From positions 29,766 to 93,765 of the forward strand of contig DRHQ01000083.1 of NCBI GenBank assembly GCA_011049545.1: DNA of 64,000 bases, given 5' to 3'. Each line of letters opens with the position of its first letter. Positions within the stretch are counted from its first letter, which is position 1. The DNA comes from Candidatus Aminicenantes bacterium. Its GTDB lineage: Bacteria > Acidobacteriota > Aminicenantia > Aminicenantales > Aminicenantaceae. Of the stretch, positions 29,975 through 38,543 are shown in pieces. The notes below the pieces were generated by a model, which was not told the origin of the DNA, did not search any database, and saw only the letters and a list, made by a program, of their open reading frames with translations. The position numbers and the translations under genes were made by a program.

Positions 29975-30275
29975 TCTTTTTAGGGGCCAGAGACAACCTC
30001 TCATTTACTCACCATTAGGCAATAGCGAGCAATTGTAGTCATTTTGTGTCATGCGGACGTCACCGGTCTATCACATGGCAGAAAACAGGTCATTATTACG
30101 TGGGCTTGACATTTGTCTTCCAACAATTGACCTCATTTTTTCCCTGTGATATAAGCCATAGAGAGTGTTAGCTTCAGCTAGTTGGTGGGATCGTTAATTC
30201 TGCTCCTGCTATTTTCATTAGGCTGATTTCACGAAAAATTAAATCTAGCTCAAAGATTAGGAGGGATAACCAGTA

Positions 30276-31760
30276 ATGAAGAAAAACTGGATGGCAGAAC
30301 TCACCTATCATTATGAAAAAACTCGGCGCCGATATCCTCAAGATCGGCTGATGATTCTTTTTGATATCGACGGTACAATTCTAGATATGCGCTATATGGT
30401 ATTTCATGTCCTGAAAGCCTTTGATAAAAAGCATGACACCCATTTTTTTCGAAAGCTTAATGTCTCTGATATTACTGTACACGAGAATCAAGTGGATAGT
30501 TTTTTAGCAGAGTTACGAATTCCATCAGAGGAACAGAGAGAGATCATAAAGTGGTATAATCAGCATCGCTGGTCTTCGGAGTATATCCTTCAGTCCCACC
30601 ATCCATTTTCTGGAGTGCTTGAGGTTATTCGATGGTTCCAACTCCAGCCAAATACCTTTGTTGGCTTGAATACTGGCCGGCCTGAATCAATTCTAAGCGA
30701 CACCTTGAGATCCCTGAATAAATTAGGTAAAGAGTATAAAGTTCAATTTAGTGATGAACTGTTGCGTATGAATCCTGGGGGCTGGGAACAAGAAGTAGAA
30801 AATTCGAAGGTTGCTGGAGTGCGCTATTTTCAAAAAAAAGGGTATCACATCTTCGCCTTTGTAGACAACGAGCCCAATAATTTGAAGGTGGTTTCCAATA
30901 TTGATCCAGATCAAGAAATTCTCCTACTTCATGCGAATACTATCTTCGAATCTAAAAGGACCAGATTACCTTCCCGTACGGTCAAAGGTAAAGCATACGA
31001 CATAACTGAACTAATTCCCGAGAAAGAACTGCCCCAGCATATTCAATTTGTTTGGCATGGTATAAACGACGAAGTGAACTTACGTCAATTTCTAGCTTCT
31101 GAGATTACTTGGGGGGAATGTGATGTTCGTATGGATCCCATAGCCAATGAGTTGATTCTTCGTCACGATTCCTTTGTAGAACTCCCTCTGGATGTAGACG
31201 AAGATTGGTTTAGTTTGGATCGTCTGCTCCATCGCTTGTTAAAAACAGGCAAGTCAATTAAGCTCGATTTAAAGTCAGGCGGTATTTTGGTAGATAAGGC
31301 TTTGAAATTCATTGAATCTTCCAGCTTTGATGAATCTCGCCTGTGGTTTAACGGCAATGTGGAAAGACTGCAAGAGCAAGGGTTCAGAAAATTAGCCAGT
31401 GCCCACCCCGATGCTATTTTGCAATGCCCTGTTGATTTTTTAGCTCCTCTGATTAGCAGTGCCCCAGAAAAAGCTCAGGAAATACTCGATATGTTTATAA
31501 AATGGGGTATCAACCGCTTTTCCATTAATTGGAAAACTCAGAACATGCGCAATTTCTTTGATCAGATGGATAAATGGGGATTTGAAGTCAATATTTACAA
31601 CGTTCCTGATTTAGAGTCATTCCTGGAGATGGTGCTTCTCATGCCGCGATCTATCACGTCCGATTTCAATTTTCCTAAATGGCATTATTATGGCAGAGGC
31701 TCAGGAGAAGATGGTAGCCATTATGAATATTCTATACGAAAGACGAAAGGAAGAAAGTAG
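30276..31760 (+). CDS. HAD-like hydrolase fused to a C-terminal phosphodiesterase-like TIM barrel (DUF2181/FAM151-like)
   Basis: FDIDGT, NTGR, FVDN HAD motifs; WHGIN...GECDVR...LRHD...IKLDLK in the C-terminal half. Confidence 0.65.
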   Translation: MKKNWMAELTYHYEKTRRRYPQDRLMILFDIDGTILDMRYMVFHVLKAFDKKHDTHFFRKLNVSDITVHENQVDSFLAELRIPSEEQREIIKWYNQHRWSSEYILQSHHPFSGVLEVIRWFQLQPNTFVGLNTGRPESILSDTLRSLNKLGKEYKVQFSDELLRMNPGGWEQEVENSKVAGVRYFQKKGYHIFAFVDNEPNNLKVVSNIDPDQEILLLHANTIFESKRTRLPSRTVKGKAYDITELIPEKELPQHIQFVWHGINDEVNLRQFLASEITWGECDVRMDPIANELILRHDSFVELPLDVDEDWFSLDRLLHRLLKTGKSIKLDLKSGGILVDKALKFIESSSFDESRLWFNGNVERLQEQGFRKLASAHPDAILQCPVDFLAPLISSAPEKAQEILDMFIKWGINRFSINWKTQNMRNFFDQMDKWGFEVNIYNVPDLESFLEMVLLMPRSITSDFNFPKWHYYGRGSGEDGSHYEYSIRKTKGRK

Positions 31761-31889
31761 GTGCAACTAGAAGTTTACACACCATGAAAAATTATCCAGA
31801 GCAGGAAGCCAAAGACATTAAAGCCTTGGCTTCCCTGGATTGAAAAAGGACGCTGATCGAGTTAGAATTCTTATAAGGGAGTAAAAAAT

Positions 31890-32243
31890 ATGAAAGTTTT
31901 ACTCATTATTAACGATGCACCGTATGGGACAGAAAAAGCCTACAATGCTATGCGGCTAGCGATGATGATTCAAAAAGAACACGCTGATGCAGAGGTTCGT
32001 ATTTTCCTGCTGGCAGATGCAGTAACATGTGCGGTCCCAAAACAGTCAACTCCAGAGGGATACTACAATCTAGAACGGATGTTTAAATCGGTCATAAAAA
32101 AGGGTGGAGTAGTGAAGGCTTGTGGTACGTGTGCCAACGCTCGCGGAATCAAAGGAATAAACCTGATAGATGGTATTGAAATAAGCACAATGAGCCAATT
32201 GAGCCAATGGACAGTAAGTTCAGACAAAGTTTTAACCTTCTGA
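31890..32243 (+). CDS. DsrE/YchN family sulfur-relay protein
   Basis: NDAPYGTE, FLLADAV, CGTCANARG; promoter TTGAAA-N17-TAGAAT at 31840-31868. Confidence 0.85.
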   Translation: MKVLLIINDAPYGTEKAYNAMRLAMMIQKEHADAEVRIFLLADAVTCAVPKQSTPEGYYNLERMFKSVIKKGGVVKACGTCANARGIKGINLIDGIEISTMSQLSQWTVSSDKVLTF

Positions 32244-32449
32244 AGCTACAATATTAAAGTTATATAATCCTGAATTTTCATATCTTTTGAGGCGAGTGGA
32301 AGCCAAATCTCCTAAAGCCTTCGACTTCCCATTATGCAGGAGGTGGTTGAGAAGCACCCCGATTATAGCAATCCGAAGAATGGATTTGCGCAAATCTGGT
32401 ATTCGGAGCATTGTACGGAAGAGCTTTTATCCTTGGTAGCGCTGCGGAA

Positions 32450-32505
32450 GCCTAACTGCAAGGATCAGATGCGGTCTATTTGTTGCCTGCATCCGCTTGT
32501 TGGGC
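32450..32505 (-). other. attC site of an integron gene cassette
   Basis: Minus strand GCCCAAC-AAGCG-GATGCAG...CTGATC-CTTGCA-GTTAGGC: inverse core, L boxes pairing with one extrahelical base, GTTRRRY core. Confidence 0.75.
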
Positions 32506-33225
32506 AGTCAGTGCGACGTAGATCACCGATGGAGTTTTCGAATCGTCTCGTTTGAGTGTAAATGTTTTGCGGCAATCCTTAATGAGCGACAGGAGACCTT
32601 TGTGACCAAATGTCCGGGGATCAAATGCCGGGTCCAATCGACGAAGAACAGACCCCATTGTCGACAGATTAATCCATTCTTCTTCCCTCGCAACCATCTC
32701 GAACGCTTTAAGAAGAAGAGGCTCAGGGTCAGACAGATCAGACTTCTCTTCCTTTTTCGTTATTTTGTTCGTTTCCTTTGTTTCAGTAAGGTTCTCGCAA
32801 TAGATAAATTGATTGCATGCGTTGGTGAAGGCTTCTGGAGTTTTCTTCTCCCCGACTCCAATGACAAAAAGCCCTTCCTCTCTTATTCTTGTTGCTAGTC
32901 GTGTGTAATCGCTATCACTGGAAACAATGCAAAAGCCGCCAACATCGTTGCTGTGGAGTAGATCCATCGCATCGATTATCATCGCGCTATCTGTTGCATT
33001 CTTGCCGACCGTATACCTGAACTGCTGAATCGGTTGAATAGCATGTTTGTGGAGTAATTTTTTCCAGCTATTCATGCTTGTAGTGGTCCAGTCTCCATAT
33101 ATCCGCTTGACTGTGATCATGCCGAATTTGCTAATTTCTGCCAAGATCTGAGGAAGAAGTGACGCTTGCGCATTGTCTCCATCAATGAGTACGGCAAACT
33201 TTTCTTGCTTAGATTGTTCATCCAT
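32476..33225 (-). CDS. NYN (LabA/DUF88) nuclease with OST-HTH/LOTUS domain
   Basis: LIDGDN, GKNATD, IDAMDL, SSDSDY, FDPRTFG; ATG 33225 after GGAGG. Confidence 0.9.
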   Translation of the reverse strand: MDEQSKQEKFAVLIDGDNAQASLLPQILAEISKFGMITVKRIYGDWTTTSMNSWKKLLHKHAIQPIQQFRYTVGKNATDSAMIIDAMDLLHSNDVGGFCIVSSDSDYTRLATRIREEGLFVIGVGEKKTPEAFTNACNQFIYCENLTETKETNKITKKEEKSDLSDPEPLLLKAFEMVAREEEWINLSTMGSVLRRLDPAFDPRTFGHKGLLSLIKDCRKTFTLKRDDSKTPSVIYVALTAQQADAGNK

Positions 33226-33383
33226 TTTGTAGCCCTCCACTGGTCGATTTAGGCCCAACAATTACTATACCGCATGCAATAAAATGTGAAAACTGAAGCT
33301 CAAATAACATCTTGAATTAATGAACCCATGCATCATAGCAATGAAAACACAGTAATATTCTATCAATATCCTTGTTATGCTAC

Positions 33384-33411
33384 AAGCCTCATATCTATTA
33401 TTATGTTAACC
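33384..33411 (+). other. dif-like site 5: AAGCCTCATAT-CTATTA-TTATGTTAACC
   Basis: Shares CATATCTATTATTATGT with site 4; followed by a ~48-bp tail shared with site 7. Confidence 0.7.
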
Positions 33412-33643
33412 TGTGATTTCAAAGTTATTGATTATCAAAAAATCAGAAAAATAATGAAATTTGAAATCCGGAATTTGGGGCTGGAATTCAGGAATGCTCT
33501 CTCATCCTTCAGCAATTATTCTATGGAAATTGATCCGTAAATGGGGCCTGTCCCCATTTCTCTACCCTGCTAGCGTAATCCTTACCTTGACTTCATGGCC
33601 CCCTGCGAATAAAATCTTCCCTCAATCAAAATGGAGATGGAAG

Positions 33644-33934
33644 ATGAGATGTAAACATTGTCTTAAAGATGTGACGCAATATGATCCTCTTGGCTACTGT
33701 GTTCAGTGTGGCGTATGGTACAAAGCCGAAGGCGAAGAAATAAAGGGTGTATACATGCGCTGTTCTACAAGAGACGACAATCCAGAAAAGTGCAATCTGG
33801 TAGTTCAAAGCCAGTTCAGAGGGGCTGAAGAATTGCCAGAAAGTAGAGAAAAACCTATTGCTACAGCAAGAATGCCCAACATTCGTAAAGCTGATAAGAT
33901 CTGTGCTTCTTGTGCGGATAAACACTTTGTTTAG
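33644..33934 (+). CDS. Small Cys-rich (zinc-finger-like) hypothetical protein
   Basis: CKHC, CVQC, CASC; P2 promoter at 33587-33615 supports ATG 33644. Confidence 0.6.
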   Translation: MRCKHCLKDVTQYDPLGYCVQCGVWYKAEGEEIKGVYMRCSTRDDNPEKCNLVVQSQFRGAEELPESREKPIATARMPNIRKADKICASCADKHFV

Positions 33935-34054
33935 TAGTTTTTTAATTAGACCTTAGAGCGGTCAGATTCGTGGCCGTTTTTTTTTATCCGGAGAAAACCA
34001 TATCCTTTCACGGGTCCGAAAATGGGGCCAGGCCCCATTTCTCTAACGATTATT

Positions 34055-34082
34055 GAGGAAGGATAAATGAATTATGTTTCCT
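34055..34082 (+). other. Degenerate dif-like site 6: GAGGAAGGATA-AATGAA-TTATGTTTCCT
   Basis: Same GAGGAA-N11-TTATGT register as site 7; 8 nt before ATG 34091. Confidence 0.4.
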
Positions 34083-34090
34083 ATTGAGTC

Positions 34091-34885
34091 ATGATCGATA
34101 CGTTCATTATTAAGTTGGTCCTTTCCTTCATTGTGGGCGGTGCTTGGGTCACAATCGCGACTTTGATCGCTGATAAATATGGAACAAAATTAGGCGGTAT
34201 TATCATAGGTCTTCCCTCCACTCTGCTCGTGTCTCTGTTTTTCATCGGTTGGACGCAGTCTCCTGGTGTGGCAGTTGAAGCGACAACGATTGTGCCGATC
34301 ATCGGAGCTGTCAACGCGTTGTTTCTGGTTGCGTATATCGCCCTGGTCAGAGTGAACTTTTGGATGGCGTTATCTGGCTCGGCACTTTTTTGGGCTTTGT
34401 GTTCGTTTAGTTTGTTAGTTTTTAAGTTCAGCAATTTTTATCTTTCATTAATGATCTATGTCATCGTGGTGTTCATTTCGTATTTCATAATTGAAAAGGG
34501 AATTAGAGTAAAATCAAAGTCCGCCCGAGAGATAACGCACACTGTCGGCACTTTACTGTTCCGGGGACTCTTAAGCGGAACGATAATTGCTCTCGCAGTG
34601 GCGATGGGAAAGATCGGGGGCCCGCTGTTGGGCGGCATATTCGCCATGTTTCCAGCCATGTTCCTGAGCACTGTATTGATCACTTATTTTTCTCAGGGAC
34701 CGCTGTTTTCCTCTGCGGTGATGAAAGTTGCACTTTTCAGTGCAGTGAGCGTGGTTTTGTATGGAGTGCTTGTGAGGTCCACGTATATCCCGCTTGGGTT
34801 GGGGTGGGGGACTCTTGTATCGATCATCATTTCTTTTTCCACTGCGTTTTTTATTCATGTCCTTGTCATCAAGAGAATATCCTGA
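34091..34885 (+). CDS. Multi-pass membrane protein (DUF3147-like, internal repeat)
   Basis: Two halves with GGIIIGLPS / GGIFAMFPA, about 8 hydrophobic segments. Confidence 0.7.
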   Translation: MIDTFIIKLVLSFIVGGAWVTIATLIADKYGTKLGGIIIGLPSTLLVSLFFIGWTQSPGVAVEATTIVPIIGAVNALFLVAYIALVRVNFWMALSGSALFWALCSFSLLVFKFSNFYLSLMIYVIVVFISYFIIEKGIRVKSKSAREITHTVGTLLFRGLLSGTIIALAVAMGKIGGPLLGGIFAMFPAMFLSTVLITYFSQGPLFSSAVMKVALFSAVSVVLYGVLVRSTYIPLGLGWGTLVSIIISFSTAFFIHVLVIKRIS

Positions 34886-34999
34886 TAACTCCGGGGAAAG
34901 AGATAAGGACAGGTATTTATGCTCAGTAATTAGGTAACATTTTTGCTCTATCTGTCGAAGAAAAAAGTGTCATTGCGGGCGTAATACTAAAAAATCGAT

Positions 35000-35027
35000 G
35001 AGGAATATAATATAAATTATGTCTACC
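35000..35027 (+). other. dif-like site 7: GAGGAATATAA-TATAAA-TTATGTCTACC
   Basis: ATAA-N6-TTAT inner symmetry as in canonical dif; last site of the array. Confidence 0.65.
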
Positions 35028-35676
35028 TGTGACTTCAAAGTTATTGATTATCAAGAAGTCTATAAATAATGAAAGACGGGATAGTTTGACAATTTATGTT
35101 TAAAATTCGGTCCATCTTTAGGTGAAGATAGATTTTATTTTTCGGGAAGCACAAACTCATAATCAATGAAATATTTATATTTGTTCGTATGATAGTAAAC
35201 AAGATCTGGATTCATAGAGCCGACGCATAAAAGGCGTAAATGGGGCCTGGCCCCATTTCTCATAGAGCGGTTAGATTTGCGGCCGGTTTTTTTAAAAGCA
35301 GCCTGGCCCCATTTCCCAACACCTCATTTCCCAACATCTCCCAGTCTGTAGGGTGATTTTGGCTTGTATGTATCCTCGACTGCGGTGAACTTTTTAGCCT
35401 TTTCAGGTGAGGGAATGAATGCAAAATTCATCTTTCATATCCTCTCTACTGATGATTGACAGTATGAGAGCACTCTGCAACCATATGAGCTTGCTGTTAA
35501 TAACCTGTGGAGACTATTTGAAGAAACTGTTTTTGGGAAGAAGAGAAAAATAACCTGCAGTGACCGTCTATTATTTATGAATTATTTGAGAGCTGTTTCA
35601 AGAAAGACAAACTTGATAGGAGTTGACAAATATTGTCAAATTGTTTATTTTTAAAGGAACCTTTTGAGGATCAATA

Positions 35677-37431
35677 ATGGGATCAAACCTTGGCGAACTT
35701 CTTGTCCGTGAAAAAGTCATAAATAAAGACCAACTGAAGACTGCTTTTGATTATGAAAAGAAGAATAAAGTTTCTATCGGAAGTGCTCTAGTAACCTTAG
35801 GTCATGTTTCAGAAGAAGAAATGGCCCAGGCATTGAGCCGCCAGCTGGGCTATCCTTATATTGACCTCAGTCAATTCGAAGTCTACCCCGATGTCATCAA
35901 TCTTATCCCCGTCGACATTGCCAAAAAACACATGATTATGCCTATTCATAGAATTCGGTCTTTTTTAACAATGGCCATGGTCGACCCAACAGATTTGGAT
36001 GTCATCGAAAATGTCAGGTTTCGTACGAGCTTGAGCATCCAGCCTGTTATTGCCTCAGAGTCCGGGATTAATGATGCCATAAACAAATATTACGGCTCTA
36101 CTGATTCCGACCGTGTTAAAGAAATAATAGATGAAATCGCGCATGCTGATGACGGAGCAGTAGACGTCATTGAGGAAGAAGGGGAAGAGTATAGTATGGA
36201 GGAGCTGGTTCATTCCACAGAAGAAGCTCCTGTCATCACTCTTGTGAACACGATATTTATGGATGCCATAAGAAAAGGAGCCAGTGATGTCCATTTTGAG
36301 CCGTATGAGCGCTCCTTCCGAGTGAGATACCGCATTGACGGCATTCTTCATGAAATGATGGATCTAGCCATGAAGTTCAAAAATCCGGTGCTATCACGGG
36401 TAAAGATCCTCGCTACAATGGATATAGCAGAAAAGAGGCTGCCTCAGGACGGGCGGATAAAAATGAGAGTAAAATGGGGGGAGAACAATCGCAAAGAAGT
36501 TGATATGAGAGTATCTTGCATCCCAACGATTTTTGGGGAGAAAATTGTTTCCCGTATTCTTGACCGTGAAATGTTGCAGTTAGACCTTACGAAATTAGGT
36601 TTTGAGCGAGAATCTCTTGACGTTTTTGAGAAAGCTATCGTCAGGCCCTGGGGAATTATTCTGGTCACTGGACCTACAGGAAGCGGGAAGACAAATACTT
36701 TGTATTCCGCTATTTCCAATTTAAACGCCAAGGAAAAAAACATCATGACGGCTGAAGATCCTGTAGAGTTTTATATGCCTGGAATAAACCAGGTTAATAT
36801 AAAGGACGAGATTGGTTTAAATTTTGCTACTTCTCTTAGATCTTTCTTAAGACAGGATCCGGATATCATGCTCGTCGGTGAGATGAGGGATTATGAGACT
36901 GTTGATATTGCTATTAAAGCTGCGCTAACTGGCCATCTGGTCTTCTCCACTGTTCATACCAACGATGCAGCAGGCACAATTATGAGGCTGGTGAACATGG
37001 ATGTCGAACCCTTTTTGATCGCAGACTCTCTTGCTCTAATCGTAGCCCAAAGGCTTGTGAGACGCCTGTGCAAAAAATGCCGTGAAGAACAAAAACTTGC
37101 TCCTGAAGCCCTTGTTGACATTGGCTTTTCTCCAGAAGAAGCAGGGAAAGTGAAAGCCTTTAAAACCAAGGGTTGTTCTGCTTGCAATGACACAGGCTAC
37201 AAAGGAAGGACCGGTCTTTTTGAAGTCATGGAAATAACTGATCGTATAAGAGAGATTATTTTGAGTAAGGGGCAACCCAGGGAAATAAAAGCGGTAGCTA
37301 TCAAGAACGGAATGATCAGCTTGCGTCAAAGCGGGTTGACTAAGATAAAAGACGGAGTTACAACCATCGAGGAAGTTTTAAGAGAAACTGTAAAGGACGC
37401 GGAGACAAAAAATGACACAAACAATGCATGA
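35677..37431 (+). CDS. pilB: Type IV pilus assembly ATPase
   Basis: ASDVHFEP, RLPQDGR, GPTGSGKT, LRQDPD, tetracysteine motif. Confidence 0.95.
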   Translation: MGSNLGELLVREKVINKDQLKTAFDYEKKNKVSIGSALVTLGHVSEEEMAQALSRQLGYPYIDLSQFEVYPDVINLIPVDIAKKHMIMPIHRIRSFLTMAMVDPTDLDVIENVRFRTSLSIQPVIASESGINDAINKYYGSTDSDRVKEIIDEIAHADDGAVDVIEEEGEEYSMEELVHSTEEAPVITLVNTIFMDAIRKGASDVHFEPYERSFRVRYRIDGILHEMMDLAMKFKNPVLSRVKILATMDIAEKRLPQDGRIKMRVKWGENNRKEVDMRVSCIPTIFGEKIVSRILDREMLQLDLTKLGFERESLDVFEKAIVRPWGIILVTGPTGSGKTNTLYSAISNLNAKEKNIMTAEDPVEFYMPGINQVNIKDEIGLNFATSLRSFLRQDPDIMLVGEMRDYETVDIAIKAALTGHLVFSTVHTNDAAGTIMRLVNMDVEPFLIADSLALIVAQRLVRRLCKKCREEQKLAPEALVDIGFSPEEAGKVKAFKTKGCSACNDTGYKGRTGLFEVMEITDRIREIILSKGQPREIKAVAIKNGMISLRQSGLTKIKDGVTTIEEVLRETVKDAETKNDTNNA

Positions 37432-38530
37432 AATGCTTAAAGTTGCATGTGATAGGAATGCAAGTGATTTACATATAACAACCAACATCCCACCACGGAT
37501 CCGAGTGGATGGCAGATTGATCTCGCTCGACCACCCACCTTTAACTGCGGTTGAAACCAAGAATCTTATCTATAGTTTATTAACAGATAAGCAGAAGAAA
37601 ACGTTTGAACAGAAATTGGAGCTTGATTTCTCTTTTGGCATAAAAGAGATGGGACGCTTTCGGGGGAATGTCTTCATGCAGAGAGGATCAGTTGCAGGAG
37701 CCTTTCGGAGATTTCTTAGCCAGATGTGGAGCTTTTCTAAGTTGGGCGTTCCGCCAAGAGTTGCCCAGCTTTGCGCTCTGCCCCGGGGATTGGTCTTGGT
37801 GACAGGGTCAACAGGCTGTGGGAAGTCAACAACTCTAGCTTGCATGATTGAACATATCAATGCAGAAAGAGGAGTTCATATAGTAACCATAGAAGATCCT
37901 ATTGAATATTTTTTCTCTGCTGGTAAGGCCATGATAAACCAAAGGGAACTCGGTTCTGACACATTGTCTTACCCCAACGCGCTTCGTTCTGTTTTAAGAG
38001 AAGATCCAGATGTTGTTTTTGTCGGGGAAATGAGAGATTTGGAGACCGTGGAAGCCACCTTGCACGTGGCCGAAACCGGGCATCTTACTCTCTCAACCCT
38101 TCATACTAATTCAGCATCTGAGACGGTTTCAAGGATTGTCGATATTTTCCCTGCTCAGTACCAGGCTCAAGTAAGAATCACACTTTCCATGTGCTTGGAA
38201 GCGGTGTTGACTCAGGCCCTCTTGCCTCGAGCGGACGGAAACGGAAGAGTTCTGGCTATGGAGATCCTCATCCCTAATGCAGCGATCAGGAATCTCATAA
38301 GAGAAAATAAACTCCACCAAATATACTCCGCCATGCAGATGGGCCAAGAGAAATATGGGATGATGACTTTTAACCAATCTTTGGCCAGCCTTTATACCAG
38401 AGGGCAAATCACCCTCGAGACCGCCATGAGAGTATCCTACAGACCGGAAGAATTGACAGAGATAATTGAAAGAGGAGGAGTCGGCAAAATGGCAACTGAA
38501 GGCTTTTCTCGATCTAATATGAGAAAATAA
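37412..38530 (+). CDS. pilT: Type IV pilus retraction ATPase
   Basis: ASDLH, GSTGCGKST, LREDPD, AIRNLIRE. Confidence 0.95.
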   Translation: MTQTMHEMLKVACDRNASDLHITTNIPPRIRVDGRLISLDHPPLTAVETKNLIYSLLTDKQKKTFEQKLELDFSFGIKEMGRFRGNVFMQRGSVAGAFRRFLSQMWSFSKLGVPPRVAQLCALPRGLVLVTGSTGCGKSTTLACMIEHINAERGVHIVTIEDPIEYFFSAGKAMINQRELGSDTLSYPNALRSVLREDPDVVFVGEMRDLETVEATLHVAETGHLTLSTLHTNSASETVSRIVDIFPAQYQAQVRITLSMCLEAVLTQALLPRADGNGRVLAMEILIPNAAIRNLIRENKLHQIYSAMQMGQEKYGMMTFNQSLASLYTRGQITLETAMRVSYRPEELTEIIERGGVGKMATEGFSRSNMRK

Positions 38531-38543
38531 AAGGAGGAATGAG

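Larger units (their letters stand above)
20090..35320. mobile_element. Integrase-free mosaic genomic island downstream of tRNA-Pro/Arg
   Basis: Unrelated accessory genes, visibly AT-rich 22.6-29.2 kb, tRNA fragments, dif-like sites, attC; no recombinase ORF in the window; boundaries approximate. Confidence 0.75.

Noticed and set aside
32385..32412. Additional dif-like site TTTGCGCAAAT-CTGGTA-TTCGGAGCATT
   Set aside because: Right arm lacks TTATGT; region is better explained as the remnant following the attC
33461..33643. N-terminal extension of the Cys-rich ORF
   Set aside because: Runs through a palindromic repeat and a consensus promoter; ATG 33644 preferred
20090..35320. Prophage, ICE or complete integron
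   Set aside because: No integrase, replication, structural or conjugation genes; only one complete attC
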